64,000 bases of DNA, taken from contig JBDRVN010000003.1 of NCBI GenBank assembly GCA_039801885.1, positions 3-64,002 of the forward strand, given 5' to 3'. This DNA is from a candidate division WOR-3 bacterium. Its GTDB lineage: Bacteria > Hydrothermota > Tepidihabitantia > Tepidihabitantales > DTDR01. A model generated the notes under the pieces. It saw only the letters and a list, made by a program, of their open reading frames with translations. It was not told the DNA's origin and searched no databases. How positions within the stretch are numbered: the stretch's first letter is position 1; each line of letters starts with the position of its first letter. A program made the translations under genes and the position numbers. Below are positions 28,446-38,823 of this stretch, piece after piece.

Positions 28446-29953
28446 AAATTCTTTGGATTGATGACGAAATTGAACTTCTGAGACCTTTTATCTATTTTCT
28501 AAAAGATAAAGGGTATGAAGTAAGAGAGGTAAGTAATGGAGTTGATGGCTTAAATAGAATAAAAGAAGAAAATTTTGATTTGATTTTTGTTGATGAGATG
28601 ATGCCCGGACTGGATGGTTTGGAAGTTGCTAAAAAAATAAAGAATTATGATCCAAATATTTTTGTAGTAATGGTCACCAAAGTGAGTGACGAAGCTTTTA
28701 TTGATGAAGTTTATGCTAACCTAATTGATGACTTTATTTTAAAACCCTTAAATCCTGTGCAAATATTAGCGGTAATTAAAAGATTATTAGAAAAGAAAGA
28801 GATTTTTAAAGAGAATTTAGTGAGAGAATATTTAAAAATTCTTTCGGGTATAAAAGATTTTGAAAGAATAGAGGAGTGGTATGATTTTTATCAACAATTG
28901 ATAAAGTGGCGGGAATATATCAATCGGTTCTCACTTGATGATTTAAGAGAAAGTTATGAAGATATTTTAAAAGAGGGGAATGAAAATTTTGCTCATTTTA
29001 TTGAAGAGAATTATTTTTATTGGTTAAAAAATAATTCTGGACCAATTCTCTCTCACCAATTTTTTGAGAAGTTTGTTAAACCCAATTTAAATAAATTACC
29101 TCTTTATTGGATAATTTTTGATTCTTTAAGGCTCGATCAATGGTTAATTATTTATAATATTTTAAAAGAACATTTCTTAATAAGACAAAGTTTTTATTGT
29201 TCAATTCTTCCTTCGGCTACCCCTTATTCCCGTAATGCCTTATTAAGCGGTTTGACACCAGAAAAAATTTTTAAATATTATCCTAATTATTGGGTATTTG
29301 AAGATATGGGGCAAAATCGATACGAAGAGGGACTTTTTCAAAAGCTTTTAATTAGAGAAAGAATTTCCTTAAAACATTTTTATTTAAAGGTTTTGAAAAT
29401 AGAAGATTTGGCGGAAAAAATGGATTATCTTTTGAATCCCGATGCGGAGATAATTATAATTATTATCAATTTTTTAGATTTTCTTATTCATTCTGCTAAA
29501 GAAGGTGTATTTATCAAAGAGATTGCTGAAAATGAAGATTCTTTATTAGAATTTACTAAGCTCTGGTTTAATTCTTCTTTAATATTTCAGTTTTTAAAAA
29601 AAATCAAACAAAAGGGAAGGAAGATTATTATCACTTCTGACCACGGATTTATTAAAGTGAAAAAACCCACAATTATTCACGGTGGGAAAGAACTTTCTCC
29701 CAATCTTCGGTATAAATCAGGTGGCGGGTTAATAGTGGATAAGAAAGCAGCTTGGCTTTTAGCTCCCAAAGATTTAGAACTACCACAAGAATTTTTAGGC
29801 GAACAATACGCCATCTGTAAGGGCGATTATTATTTTATCTATCCAACAAAACCAAAGGAATACGAAAAAACTTATAAATTTACTTACCAACACGGTGGAA
29901 TTTCTATGCAAGAAATGATTTTACCTGTAGGTGTTTTAACTCCTCTTGATTAA
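28442..29953 (+). CDS. Response regulator with C-terminal PglZ/alkaline-phosphatase-like domain (PorX-like T9SS regulator)
   Basis: Receiver domain ILWIDDEIELL...DLIFVDEMMPGLDGLEVAKKIK. C-terminal IIITSDHGF matches the PglZ family. Architecture equals PorX. Confidence 0.7.
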   Translation: MKILWIDDEIELLRPFIYFLKDKGYEVREVSNGVDGLNRIKEENFDLIFVDEMMPGLDGLEVAKKIKNYDPNIFVVMVTKVSDEAFIDEVYANLIDDFILKPLNPVQILAVIKRLLEKKEIFKENLVREYLKILSGIKDFERIEEWYDFYQQLIKWREYINRFSLDDLRESYEDILKEGNENFAHFIEENYFYWLKNNSGPILSHQFFEKFVKPNLNKLPLYWIIFDSLRLDQWLIIYNILKEHFLIRQSFYCSILPSATPYSRNALLSGLTPEKIFKYYPNYWVFEDMGQNRYEEGLFQKLLIRERISLKHFYLKVLKIEDLAEKMDYLLNPDAEIIIIIINFLDFLIHSAKEGVFIKEIAENEDSLLEFTKLWFNSSLIFQFLKKIKQKGRKIIITSDHGFIKVKKPTIIHGGKELSPNLRYKSGGGLIVDKKAAWLLAPKDLELPQEFLGEQYAICKGDYYFIYPTKPKEYEKTYKFTYQHGGISMQEMILPVGVLTPLD

Positions 29954-29979
29954 TTTCAAAATTTATTTATAATAATTTA

Positions 29980-30486
29980 ATGCCGGAATTTATATTTTTA
30001 GAAACTTTAAAAAAAGAGCATTTTTTGATTGAAAGAGCTTTAAGAGTGATGAATATACTTATAATCCGGGAACAGTTTTTAGAGAAAGAATTTTCTTTAC
30101 TTTATCGTTTAATTAAAAATTTTGTTGAAGAAAATCATTGTGCTAAGGAAGAAAAAGTTTTATTCCCCTTAATAAGGGAATATGAGATTGATGCTCAATT
30201 AGTTATGGTTGATGAAGCAGAAAAAAGAAAGGAAATTATTGAAGATTTAGAAATAGGATTGCGAGAGCCTGATAAGGAAAAATTTTTCCTTGGTTTACAA
30301 AATTTTATAGAGACCTTTGCTCGTCATATCTTTAAAGAGGAGGGTCTCATCTTTCCTGCTTGTGAAGCGCTCTTGCCCTCCGATATAAATGAAAAAGTTG
30401 TTGAAGATTTTAAAGAATATGAAAAAGATGAAGAGAATTATGAATATTTTCTAAAAATTGTTGAAGATTTAGAAAAAATCATATAA
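29980..30486 (+). CDS. Hemerythrin-like (HHE cation-binding) domain protein
   Basis: Repeated H-x3-E pairs (EHFLIE, HCAKEE, HIFKEE) in a roughly 165-aa helical protein. Confidence 0.45.
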   Translation: MPEFIFLETLKKEHFLIERALRVMNILIIREQFLEKEFSLLYRLIKNFVEENHCAKEEKVLFPLIREYEIDAQLVMVDEAEKRKEIIEDLEIGLREPDKEKFFLGLQNFIETFARHIFKEEGLIFPACEALLPSDINEKVVEDFKEYEKDEENYEYFLKIVEDLEKII

Positions 30487-30495
30487 TTATAATAA

Positions 30496-33333
30496 ATGAC
30501 CAAAAACAATTATATTTTTATTAAAGGAGCGAGAGAACATAATTTAAAAAATCTTACTTTAAAGATTCCTCGTAATAAAATGGTAGTTATCACTGGAATT
30601 TCTGGTTCAGGAAAATCTTCTTTGGCTTTTGATACTATTTATGCCGAGGGACAAAGGAGGTATATCGAATCGCTTTCTTCCTATGCTCGGCAGTTTTTGG
30701 GAGTATTAGAAAAACCAGATGTCGACCAGATTGAAGGTCTTTCGCCAGCGATTGCTATTGAACAACGAACAGCAGCCAAAAATCCTCGTTCAACCGTTGG
30801 GACCGTTACCGAAATTTATGATTATTTAAGAGTTCTTTTCGCTCGGATTGGTATTCCCTTTTGTCCTTACTGTAATAAAGAAATTGCTCACCAAACTTTA
30901 GATCAAATAATTGACCAGATAGCTCTTTATCCCTTAAATACTAAGTTAACAATATTAGCCCCGATTGTGAGAGGAAGAAAAGGAGAATATCAAGCCCTTT
31001 TGGAAAAAATTAGAAAAAAAGGATTTTTGAGAGTAAGAGTGGACGGTGAAATTTATGAGATTTCTGAAATTAAGAATTTAGAAAAATATAAAAAACATAA
31101 TATTGAAATTCTTATCGATCGTTTAATTTTGACTAATGAAAGTCATAAAAGGTTGGTTGAATCCGTAGAGTTGGCATTAAAAGAAGGGCAAGGATTATGT
31201 TCAGTAATTTTTAATGGAAAAGAAGAAAAAATTTTTTCCGAAAAATTTGCTTGTGTCGGCTGTGGTTTTTCTTATGAAGAAATTTCTCCTCGGTTATTTT
31301 CTTTTAATTCTCCTTACGGAGCTTGTGCGGCCTGTCACGGATTGGGAACAAAAATGGAAATCGATCCGGAAAGATTGATAGTTGACCCTAATCTTTCAAT
31401 TAATGAAGGAGTAATTGAGGTTTGGGGAGAACCAAAGGGTAGATGGTTTACTTCGGTTTTGAAAGCATTGGCAAGAAATTATAATTTTTCCTTAAATACT
31501 TCCTGGAAAAAATTACCTAAGGAAGTAAGAGAAATAATTCTTTATGGCAGCAACGAAGAGATTCTCGTCGAACACGAAAGATGGGACGGAACTCGTTACC
31601 AGTTTTATGAAGAGTTTGAAGGTGTTATCCCTCATCTGATGAGAATTTATCAAACCACCGAATCCGAAAGTACTCGGGAATGGATTGAAAGATATATGTC
31701 AATTTTGCCTTGTCCGGAATGTTTAGGTGCTCGTCTTAAAAAAGAAGCATTATCAATTAAAATTGCTGGTTATTCAATTTATGATGTTTGTAAATTATCG
31801 ATTAGAGAAATTTATCAATTTTTCCAGAATCTGAAAATAAATGAGCAAGAAAAAAAGATTGTTGGTGAATTAATTAATGAAATTAAAAAGCGTTTAAGCT
31901 TTTTAATTGAAGTTGGTGTTGACTATTTAACTTTAGAAAGAAGAACGGATACATTAGGCGGCGGTGAAGAACAGAGGGTAAGATTAGCCACTCAAATTGG
32001 TTCAGGTTTAGTTGGTGTTACTTATATTTTAGATGAACCGAGCATTGGTTTACATATGAGGGATAATCATAAGTTGATTCAAACATTATTAAGATTGAGA
32101 GATTTAGGCAATACAGTAATTGTCATTGAACATGACCGAGACACAATTTTAGCAAGTGATTACGTAATTGATTTAGGACCGGGAGCGGGTGAAAAAGGTG
32201 GCTATGTGGTTGCTATGGGGACACCTTCTGAAATAATGAAAAATTCAAATTCTTTAACCGGAGCTTATTTGATAGGTAAAAAAGAGATTCCTTTTCCTAA
32301 AAGAAGAAGAAATAACTCTGGAAAGTTTTTGATTGTAAAAGGTTGCTGTGAAAATAATTTGAAGGACATCGATATTTATATACCGTTAGGAATGTTTGTC
32401 TGTCTTACCGGAGTTTCTGGTTCGGGTAAAAGTACCTTTATGAATGATATTCTTTATAAAGCATTAGCTGAAAAGCTTTATGGTTCAAAAGAGAAACCAG
32501 GAAAATTTAAAGAGATTATTGGCTGGGAAGAAATTGATAAAGTGGTCAACATTGATCAATCACCAATTGGTCGAACCCCGCGCTCTAATCCGGCTACTTA
32601 TACTAATGTTTTTACACCTATAAGAGAACTTTTTGCTCAGACGAAGGAAGCTAAAATGCGGGGTTATCTTCCAGGCAGATTTTCTTTTAATGTTCGGGGT
32701 GGCCGATGTGAAAATTGTGGCGGCGACGGAATTAAAAAGATTGAAATGCATTTTTTACCCGATGTTTATGTTACTTGTGAGGTTTGTAAAGGAAAGAGAT
32801 ATAATCGGGAAACCTTAGAAATAAAATACAAAGGGAAAAATATTTATGAAGTTTTAGAGATGACCGTTAATGAAGCGTTAGAATTTTTTTATAATATACC
32901 ATCGATTCGAAGAAAATTAGAAATGTTAAAAGATGTTGGTTTAGGTTATATAAAATTGGGACAGCCAGCAACTACCTTATCAGGTGGCGAAGCTCAAAGA
33001 GTAAAATTGGCAAGAGAGTTATCCAAAATTGGCACAGGAAAAACTTTGTATCTTTTAGATGAACCGACTACTGGTTTGCATTTTGAAGATATCAGATTAC
33101 TTTTAATTGTTCTTAATCGTTTAGTGGATAAAGGAAATACAGTTTTGGTCATTGAACACAATTTAGAAGTAATAAAATGTGCTGACTGGATAATTGATTT
33201 AGGACCGGAAGGCGGTGAGAAGGGTGGATATATTGTCGTCTGTGGTCCACCAGAAGATATTGCCAAATGCGAAAGATCTTATACAGGAAAATTTCTTAAG
33301 GAAGTATTAAGAAGGCACGGAGTTAAAATTTAG
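30496..33333 (+). CDS. uvrA: Excinuclease ABC subunit A
   Basis: Two ABC ATPase modules ([14 protein letters not shown] and [10 protein letters not shown]), zinc-finger Cys pairs, LSGGE signature motifs, 945 aa. Confidence 0.95.
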   Translation: MTKNNYIFIKGAREHNLKNLTLKIPRNKMVVITGISGSGKSSLAFDTIYAEGQRRYIESLSSYARQFLGVLEKPDVDQIEGLSPAIAIEQRTAAKNPRSTVGTVTEIYDYLRVLFARIGIPFCPYCNKEIAHQTLDQIIDQIALYPLNTKLTILAPIVRGRKGEYQALLEKIRKKGFLRVRVDGEIYEISEIKNLEKYKKHNIEILIDRLILTNESHKRLVESVELALKEGQGLCSVIFNGKEEKIFSEKFACVGCGFSYEEISPRLFSFNSPYGACAACHGLGTKMEIDPERLIVDPNLSINEGVIEVWGEPKGRWFTSVLKALARNYNFSLNTSWKKLPKEVREIILYGSNEEILVEHERWDGTRYQFYEEFEGVIPHLMRIYQTTESESTREWIERYMSILPCPECLGARLKKEALSIKIAGYSIYDVCKLSIREIYQFFQNLKINEQEKKIVGELINEIKKRLSFLIEVGVDYLTLERRTDTLGGGEEQRVRLATQIGSGLVGVTYILDEPSIGLHMRDNHKLIQTLLRLRDLGNTVIVIEHDRDTILASDYVIDLGPGAGEKGGYVVAMGTPSEIMKNSNSLTGAYLIGKKEIPFPKRRRNNSGKFLIVKGCCENNLKDIDIYIPLGMFVCLTGVSGSGKSTFMNDILYKALAEKLYGSKEKPGKFKEIIGWEEIDKVVNIDQSPIGRTPRSNPATYTNVFTPIRELFAQTKEAKMRGYLPGRFSFNVRGGRCENCGGDGIKKIEMHFLPDVYVTCEVCKGKRYNRETLEIKYKGKNIYEVLEMTVNEALEFFYNIPSIRRKLEMLKDVGLGYIKLGQPATTLSGGEAQRVKLARELSKIGTGKTLYLLDEPTTGLHFEDIRLLLIVLNRLVDKGNTVLVIEHNLEVIKCADWIIDLGPEGGEKGGYIVVCGPPEDIAKCERSYTGKFLKEVLRRHGVKI

Positions 33334-34110
33334 ATATTTTTCACAAATCCTTTCGATTTTTTGGGCTTTACAAGTGAAGGGATCAATTTCTATCAAAACT
33401 CCTTCTATCTTGAGATTAGAATCTGCTGGATTAAGGCGATAGTTAATTCCGTAGAGAATTCTTTTTAAAGAATCCTCAATTTTCATCCCTAAAACGGAAT
33501 CCATTGCCCCACACATTCCAACATCAGTGATATAAGCTGTTCCTTTAGATAGAATTTCTTCATCAGCAGTTGGAATGTGGGTATGAGTTCCTAAGACAGC
33601 ACTTACTCTGCCGTCTAAAAAATATCCCATTGCTTTTTTTTCAGCAGTAGCTTCCGCGTGAAAATCAACAATTATAATTCTTTTTTCATTAATTTTGGTT
33701 AACTCTTCATCAATTCTTCGGAAAGGACAATCTACCGGTTTCATAAATACTCTTCCAATAAGATTTATCACAATTACTGTTTCATTATTTTTTTTATTTA
33801 TACAGATTCCTTTTCCAGGCACACCGAAGGGATAATTTAGTGGACGGATGATATTTTTTTCTTTTTCTAAATAAGGGATGATTTCTTTTCGGTCAAAACT
33901 ATGATCACCAAGAGTGATACAGTCAATTCCTAAAGAGAAAAACTCTTCTGTAATCCTTGGAGTTATTCCAAATCCTCCTGCCGAATTTTCACCATTAACA
34001 ATAATAAAATCCGGTTGATATTTATTTTTTAAAATTTTTACTCCTTCGGCTATTGCCTTTCTTCCTGCTTCACCACACACGTCGCCCAAAAAAAGAATTT
34101 TATAACTCAT
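33307..34110 (-). CDS. ymdB: YmdB-like metallophosphoesterase (TIGR00282 family)
   Basis: [15 protein letters not shown]...[13 protein letters not shown]...LGDHSFD motifs. Adjacent to rny, as in Firmicutes. Confidence 0.8.
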   Translation of the reverse strand: MSYKILFLGDVCGEAGRKAIAEGVKILKNKYQPDFIIVNGENSAGGFGITPRITEEFFSLGIDCITLGDHSFDRKEIIPYLEKEKNIIRPLNYPFGVPGKGICINKKNNETVIVINLIGRVFMKPVDCPFRRIDEELTKINEKRIIIVDFHAEATAEKKAMGYFLDGRVSAVLGTHTHIPTADEEILSKGTAYITDVGMCGAMDSVLGMKIEDSLKRILYGINYRLNPADSNLKIEGVLIEIDPFTCKAQKIERICEKYLNFNSVPS

Positions 34111-35626
34111 AGATTAAGTTTATTTTAATCTCCCCTAAAAACTCTAACTCATTTCTTATCTTTTGCTGAAGAGCTCTTGTTAATAAAGAACCTTCTTTTT
34201 CATTAATTTTATCAGTATTTAGTAAAATCCGAATTTCCCTTCCCAATTGGAAGGCATAAGCTTTTTTGACCAGTTGGGTTTCTTCACAAAGTTCTTCAAT
34301 TTTGATTAATCTTTTAAAAATTTTATCAAATTCGATTGCTTTGCCAGCTCCGTACACATGGGAAATTCCATTTGCGATTGAAATTAAATAACATTCGGGA
34401 TAAGAAAAATCACCGGATTGATGATGATTAGCGATTGTTTGAACGACAATCTCATTTTCGCCCAAATTTTTAACAAAATTAGCACCAACTACTTGGTGGG
34501 GTAGATTTTCTTGGTTAGGGAGAATTTTGCCAATATCGTGTAAAAGACCAGCCCGTAAGATATTTGTCGGAGTAAAACCAAGATTGAGCGCCAAATTTTT
34601 ACTAATAATTGCTACTTCTTTAGAATGGGCAAGAAGGTTTTGACCATAGGTAACATAAAAATTCATTTCACCAACTGTTTTTATTATTTCCTTGGGAAAA
34701 TTTTCAATTCCCAGCTCATTACAAGTATTTAAACCAATTTGAAAAGTTTTTTCTTCAAAATCTTCTAATACCTTTTGAAAAGTTTTCTCTATAATTTCAG
34801 CAGTAATTTCTTCACCACTGATAATTTCATTGATTAATAATTTAGCGAGCATTCTTCTTTTAGGATTGAAGGAAAAAATAAAAATCTTCTTCGGAATGTC
34901 GTCAATAATAATTTCTGTGCCTGTAAGGTTTTCAATTAAATGAATATTTCTCCCTTTTCGGCCAATTAATTTCCCTTTAAATTCTTCTTTTGGAATTTCT
35001 ATCCAAGAAACAGTGTGTTCTTTTGCTAAAGGTAAGGCAATTTTTTGGCAGGCTTCTAATATAATTTTTTGGGCAATAATCTTGGTTTCCTCATTTGCTT
35101 TTTCTTTAATTTTCTTTAATTCCTCAAAGTGTTCCTCCCATACTTCCTTTTCAAAAATTTTTTTTAGTTCTTCTTTTATTTCTTTAATACTTAAATTAGG
35201 GATTTTTGATAACCGGTTTTGGTATTCATTTATCAATTTATCAAGATGTTCAATCTTTATCTTATAAATCTTTTCGGTGGTCAAAAGTTCATTTTCTTTT
35301 TTTTGAATGCGATTTAATTGAGATAAATATTCTTTTTCCTTTTTTTGATAAAGGTCAATAAGTTCTTCTAATTCTTTTCTTTTTTTTGTTAATTCTCTTA
35401 ATTTCTCTTCATACTCTTGGGAAAGTTTTATTTTCTCTATTTCTAACTCTTTTTTGAGTTCTTCAACTAAATTTTGTTTCTTTTTTTCGTTTTCTTCTTG
35501 GAGGTTCTTTAGGTATTTATCTATTTTTTCTTTCTCCTTTTCATATTTTTTTTGCCAAAAATTTTTAGTTAATAAATAAGTAAATAAAAAACATAAAAAT
35601 AATAAAAACAAAAATAAATACCACAT
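34100..35626 (-). CDS. rny: Ribonuclease Y
   Basis: N-terminal TM, long coiled coil, KH domain (LIGRKGRNI), and HD domain (LLHDIGK). Confidence 0.85.
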   Translation of the reverse strand: MWYLFLFLLFLCFLFTYLLTKNFWQKKYEKEKEKIDKYLKNLQEENEKKKQNLVEELKKELEIEKIKLSQEYEEKLRELTKKRKELEELIDLYQKKEKEYLSQLNRIQKKENELLTTEKIYKIKIEHLDKLINEYQNRLSKIPNLSIKEIKEELKKIFEKEVWEEHFEELKKIKEKANEETKIIAQKIILEACQKIALPLAKEHTVSWIEIPKEEFKGKLIGRKGRNIHLIENLTGTEIIIDDIPKKIFIFSFNPKRRMLAKLLINEIISGEEITAEIIEKTFQKVLEDFEEKTFQIGLNTCNELGIENFPKEIIKTVGEMNFYVTYGQNLLAHSKEVAIISKNLALNLGFTPTNILRAGLLHDIGKILPNQENLPHQVVGANFVKNLGENEIVVQTIANHHQSGDFSYPECYLISIANGISHVYGAGKAIEFDKIFKRLIKIEELCEETQLVKKAYAFQLGREIRILLNTDKINEKEGSLLTRALQQKIRNELEFLGEIKINLIYEL

Positions 35627-35649
35627 CCTTTTCCCCTTTTAAAACTTAA

Positions 35650-35823
35650 GGCTCTCCGTAGCATCGTGTTGGAGATGGTCTCTGAACCCTTTAAAAAAAA
35701 TGGCGTCCTAAGGTGGGTTCTATCTTTGGAGGGTAACCTCCCGATAGTAAGCACCATTGGACATCCATTATTTAGGTGTTGGCTCAAGACCATATTTACC
35801 AATCACGAATACTACCGAGAGCC
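35650..35823. ncRNA. Candidate structured ncRNA (6S-like long imperfect hairpin); strand and identity unresolved
   Basis: Intergenic island of roughly 50% GC in a roughly 30% GC genome. 12-bp closing stem GGCTCTCCGTAG/CTACCGAGAGCC with one mismatch, extended by CGTGTTGG/CCAATCACG and ATGGTCT/AGACCAT pairings. Internal GGAGG-GTAA-CCTCC hairpin (GNRA loop on the plus strand). Confidence 0.35.
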
Positions 35824-36087
35824 CTTATTATTTACCAATTTTTCAATGAGCAAATCTAACCTTTCTTTTAACATTTTTTCGCTTTTTTCGTAGTTATCCA
35901 TTAGTTCTTCAATCAGATTAAGGGAGCCAAAAAAAATTATTTCGCTAAAATCTAAATAGGGAAACTTTTCTTTTATCTCTTTAACTTTAATTTCTAAAAG
36001 GTTAAATAAATTTTTTAAATATTCTTCATCTTTGTCGCTTCTAATTTCATAAATTTGGTCTAAAAATTGGAGACGATAAGTATTCAT
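35812..36087 (-). CDS. zapA: Cell division protein ZapA-like
   Basis: Roughly 90-aa protein with YRLQFLDQIYEI...YLDFSEIIFFGSLNLIEEL pattern. Conserved pheT-zapA linkage. Confidence 0.55.
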   Translation of the reverse strand: MNTYRLQFLDQIYEIRSDKDEEYLKNLFNLLEIKVKEIKEKFPYLDFSEIIFFGSLNLIEELMDNYEKSEKMLKERLDLLIEKLVNNKGSR

Positions 36088-36281
36088 ATTTTAAGTTTAC
36101 TAAAACTCTTTAATTTTTCAATAATAAATTTTAATTTTTTTAAACTTTTTTCTATTTTCTCTTGATAGATTACTAACTCTTTTTTTAAATTCTCGTTTTC
36201 CTTTTTTAGAGTTTCTCTTTCTTTTAAAATTTTTTCAACTAATTCTTCTAAGGTTTTTAATTTTTTTTCAATTTCGCTCAT
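36084..36281 (-). CDS. Small coiled-coil protein (65 aa), possibly a ZapB-like division factor
   Basis: Continuous heptad-like K/E/L repeat, translationally coupled between pheT and zapA. Confidence 0.35.
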   Translation of the reverse strand: MSEIEKKLKTLEELVEKILKERETLKKENENLKKELVIYQEKIEKSLKKLKFIIEKLKSFSKLKI

Positions 36282-38521
36282 TTTTTTCTCAATTGAACAG
36301 GAAAGTTGTTTTCAATAGATAAAATAATTTCGTTCAATAATTTTTCTAATTCTTCTTTGGTATAAGGTCGTTCTTTGGGATAGAAAAAAAGGCGGATACC
36401 TAAATTTCTTTTTCCCGGTGGAAGAGGTTTACCAACAAAAGAATCGAAGACAATAATTTCTTTTATAATAGCGGAGTAATTTTTCTCAACTAAATTAATT
36501 ATCTCTTTGGCGCAAAGGTTTTCATCAGTAATAAAAGATAAATCCCGATAAATAGGCAAAAAAATAGGAAGAGGTTGATAGAATTTCCCTTTTGGTAGAT
36601 ATTGATAAATTTTTTCTAAATCAATTTCAGAATAAAAAATTTCATCCTCAATTTTATAATAACCAAGCAAATTTTCATTTATTTTCCCTAAATAGCCAAT
36701 CTCTTCGTCTTTATAAACAATTGCTGTTGAAGGGAAAGCAGAAAAATAGGGATAATTTTTTAATTGATAATCAATTTCTGTAATATTTAAAAAATTAAAA
36801 ACTTCTTCAATAATTCCTTTTAAATCAAAATAATCTACCTTTTTAGGTTTCATATCAAAATTAATTGGACAATTATTACCAGTGAGGGCAATAGCTAATA
36901 AGTATTTCTCTTTTTTATAAACTTTGCCAATTTCAAAAATTCTTAAATCTTTGTTATTAAAGGAATGGTTGTAAGAAATTACTGATAATAAGGAATGAAT
37001 AAGGGTATCCCTTAAAACAGCCAATTTTTCATTTAAAGGGTTTAATAGACTAATACTTTCTTTTATATTTTCCGGCAATAGACTTATAGTAATTATTTCG
37101 TAGAAACCTCGGCCAATAAGAAAATTCCTGAGATTATTTAAAAAAGCAGTAAAGGGTTGGATTCCGCCAATTTTTTTTATTTTCAAATAAAAGAACGAAG
37201 AAAAATTTTCATAACCGTAATAGCGAGCAATTTCTTCTACCAAATCAATGGGTAATTTTAAATCCTGACGCCAGGATGGCGACTGGTAAATAATCTCTTT
37301 CTCATTTATTTTAATAATTTCGCCACCGATTCTCTTAAGAATATCTAAGAGATAATCTTTAGAAAAATTAATGCCTAAAATTCTTTGGGGATAGCTTATA
37401 GGAAAGTTAATTATTTCTTTTTTTAATTCCTTTTTTATTATCTTTCTTTCTTTAATAATTTTCCCCTCGCTCCAATTAGCTATCAAATTAGTTGCATAAT
37501 TGGCGAAATAATTTAAATTCTCATAATCAATTCCTAATTCAAATCTTCTTGCTGCTTCGGTTCTTAAATTTAAGAAATTAATCCCTTCTCTTATTGCCTC
37601 CTGAGAGAAAAAAGCACATTCTAAAAGTATTTCTTTAGTATTTTCAATAATTTCCGTGTTCTGACCACCGATTATTCCGGCAATGGCTATTATCCTTTTA
37701 CTATCAGCGATACAAAGAACCTTTTCCGAGACTTCTCTTTCTATTCCATCAATAGTTTTAATTTTTTCGCCCTTTTTCCCTTGGCGAACATAAATTTTGT
37801 TTCCAAAAATTCTTCTTAAATCAAAAGGGTGTAATGGCTGACCAAATTGGATAAGGGTGTAGTTGGTGGCATCAACAACATTATTTATTGGTCTCAATCC
37901 CGAAAGAAAAAGACGCCATTGATAAAATAGAGGAGATGGCTTTATTTTTAAATTAACAATTTTGGTGGCAATGTAAATTGGGCATCTCTCTAAATCCTCG
38001 ATAATTATTTCAATATCATTTTTTTCTTCTATTTCGTAAAGATTGTTATCTACCTTTGGTAAAATTAAATTTCTATCGGTAAAATAGGCAACTTCTCGGG
38101 CAAGACCAAAAACGGAAAAGAGGTCTGCTCGGTTAGGTGTAATTTCTACTTCCAGAAATAGGTTATCAAGATAATTAAAAACTTCTTTTCCTTCTTCTTC
38201 CTCAAAAATTAAATAATCTTCTTTAGGAAAAGATAAATCCTTTCCTTTTAATAATTTCTTTTCTTTTAAATGATAACCTACTTTTTCTCCTATTTTAGCG
38301 GGAATATTTTCTTTAATTATAAATTTTTCATTACCAATTTTTAAAACTGTTTCATTTTCCTTTTTTTCGATAATTGTTGCTAAAAGATAATAAGAAAAGT
38401 CTTTTAAATAATCATAGAAATTTACTACTTCAATACCTTTTTTCTCTAACAAATTTAAGAGCTCTCTTTCATTAATTTTTGGTTCTAAAAACTCATTTAA
38501 CCAATTTAAAGTAAGTTTCAT
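36278..38521 (-). CDS. pheT: Phenylalanine--tRNA ligase beta subunit
   Basis: N-terminal MKLTLNWLNEF, B3/4 and B5 region, and C-terminal FDX-ACB domain (IVFDSFVGKPLPPGKRNLGIRLFF). Confidence 0.85.
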   Translation of the reverse strand: MKLTLNWLNEFLEPKINERELLNLLEKKGIEVVNFYDYLKDFSYYLLATIIEKKENETVLKIGNEKFIIKENIPAKIGEKVGYHLKEKKLLKGKDLSFPKEDYLIFEEEEGKEVFNYLDNLFLEVEITPNRADLFSVFGLAREVAYFTDRNLILPKVDNNLYEIEEKNDIEIIIEDLERCPIYIATKIVNLKIKPSPLFYQWRLFLSGLRPINNVVDATNYTLIQFGQPLHPFDLRRIFGNKIYVRQGKKGEKIKTIDGIEREVSEKVLCIADSKRIIAIAGIIGGQNTEIIENTKEILLECAFFSQEAIREGINFLNLRTEAARRFELGIDYENLNYFANYATNLIANWSEGKIIKERKIIKKELKKEIINFPISYPQRILGINFSKDYLLDILKRIGGEIIKINEKEIIYQSPSWRQDLKLPIDLVEEIARYYGYENFSSFFYLKIKKIGGIQPFTAFLNNLRNFLIGRGFYEIITISLLPENIKESISLLNPLNEKLAVLRDTLIHSLLSVISYNHSFNNKDLRIFEIGKVYKKEKYLLAIALTGNNCPINFDMKPKKVDYFDLKGIIEEVFNFLNITEIDYQLKNYPYFSAFPSTAIVYKDEEIGYLGKINENLLGYYKIEDEIFYSEIDLEKIYQYLPKGKFYQPLPIFLPIYRDLSFITDENLCAKEIINLVEKNYSAIIKEIIVFDSFVGKPLPPGKRNLGIRLFFYPKERPYTKEELEKLLNEIILSIENNFPVQLRKK

Positions 38522-38780
38522 AACTTTATAAAGATAATAATTTTTATTTAAAAGTCAAGAAGAGAAAGTTAAAAAAGATGACAACATTAAGGAAGTCCTT
38601 TTCCGTTATATATAGAAAGGATTTACGCTTTGGGAAAATTTTTCTTTACAATCCTTTTTCTTTGGACTATATTTATTATCAAAATGGCTGTAAAATGTTT
38701 GTAAGTTAATCCGCCGATTAGAGTAACACTTGATATTCTACCAGTAAAAATTTTGATTATTAAAGCTCTATTAATCGGGA

Positions 38781-38812
38781 AGAAAAAACCCTGTTGAGGG
38801 AATGATACAGGG
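38781..38812 (-). terminator. Minus-strand intrinsic terminator (CCCTGT/ACAGGG stem followed by a U-tract) in the middle of the pheT-metK intergenic region
   Basis: Minus strand reads CCCTGT-atcattccctca-ACAGGG-TTTTTTCT. No annotated minus-strand gene lies upstream of it. Confidence 0.45.
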
Positions 38813-38823
38813 TAGGGCTCTAT

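Noticed and set aside
28442-29953. PglZ domain as evidence of a BREX/Pgl phage-defence system
   Set aside because: PglZ here is fused to a CheY-like receiver and preceded by a histidine kinase, which is the PorX/PorY architecture. No PglX methyltransferase, BrxC ATPase or BrxL is nearby.
35650-35823. Identification of the GC-rich RNA as SRP (4.5S) RNA or RNase P RNA
   Set aside because: The conserved SRP domain IV motifs (GGAA tetraloop flanked by AGCAGC) are absent, and the element is far too short for RNase P RNA. Only a generic 6S-like architecture could be seen.
35569-35893. Track ORFs 35569..35802 (-) and 35666..35893 (+) as protein-coding genes
   Set aside because: They lie within the GC-rich structured intergenic element, have no RBS, and overlap the zapA 3' end. 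They are most likely spurious.
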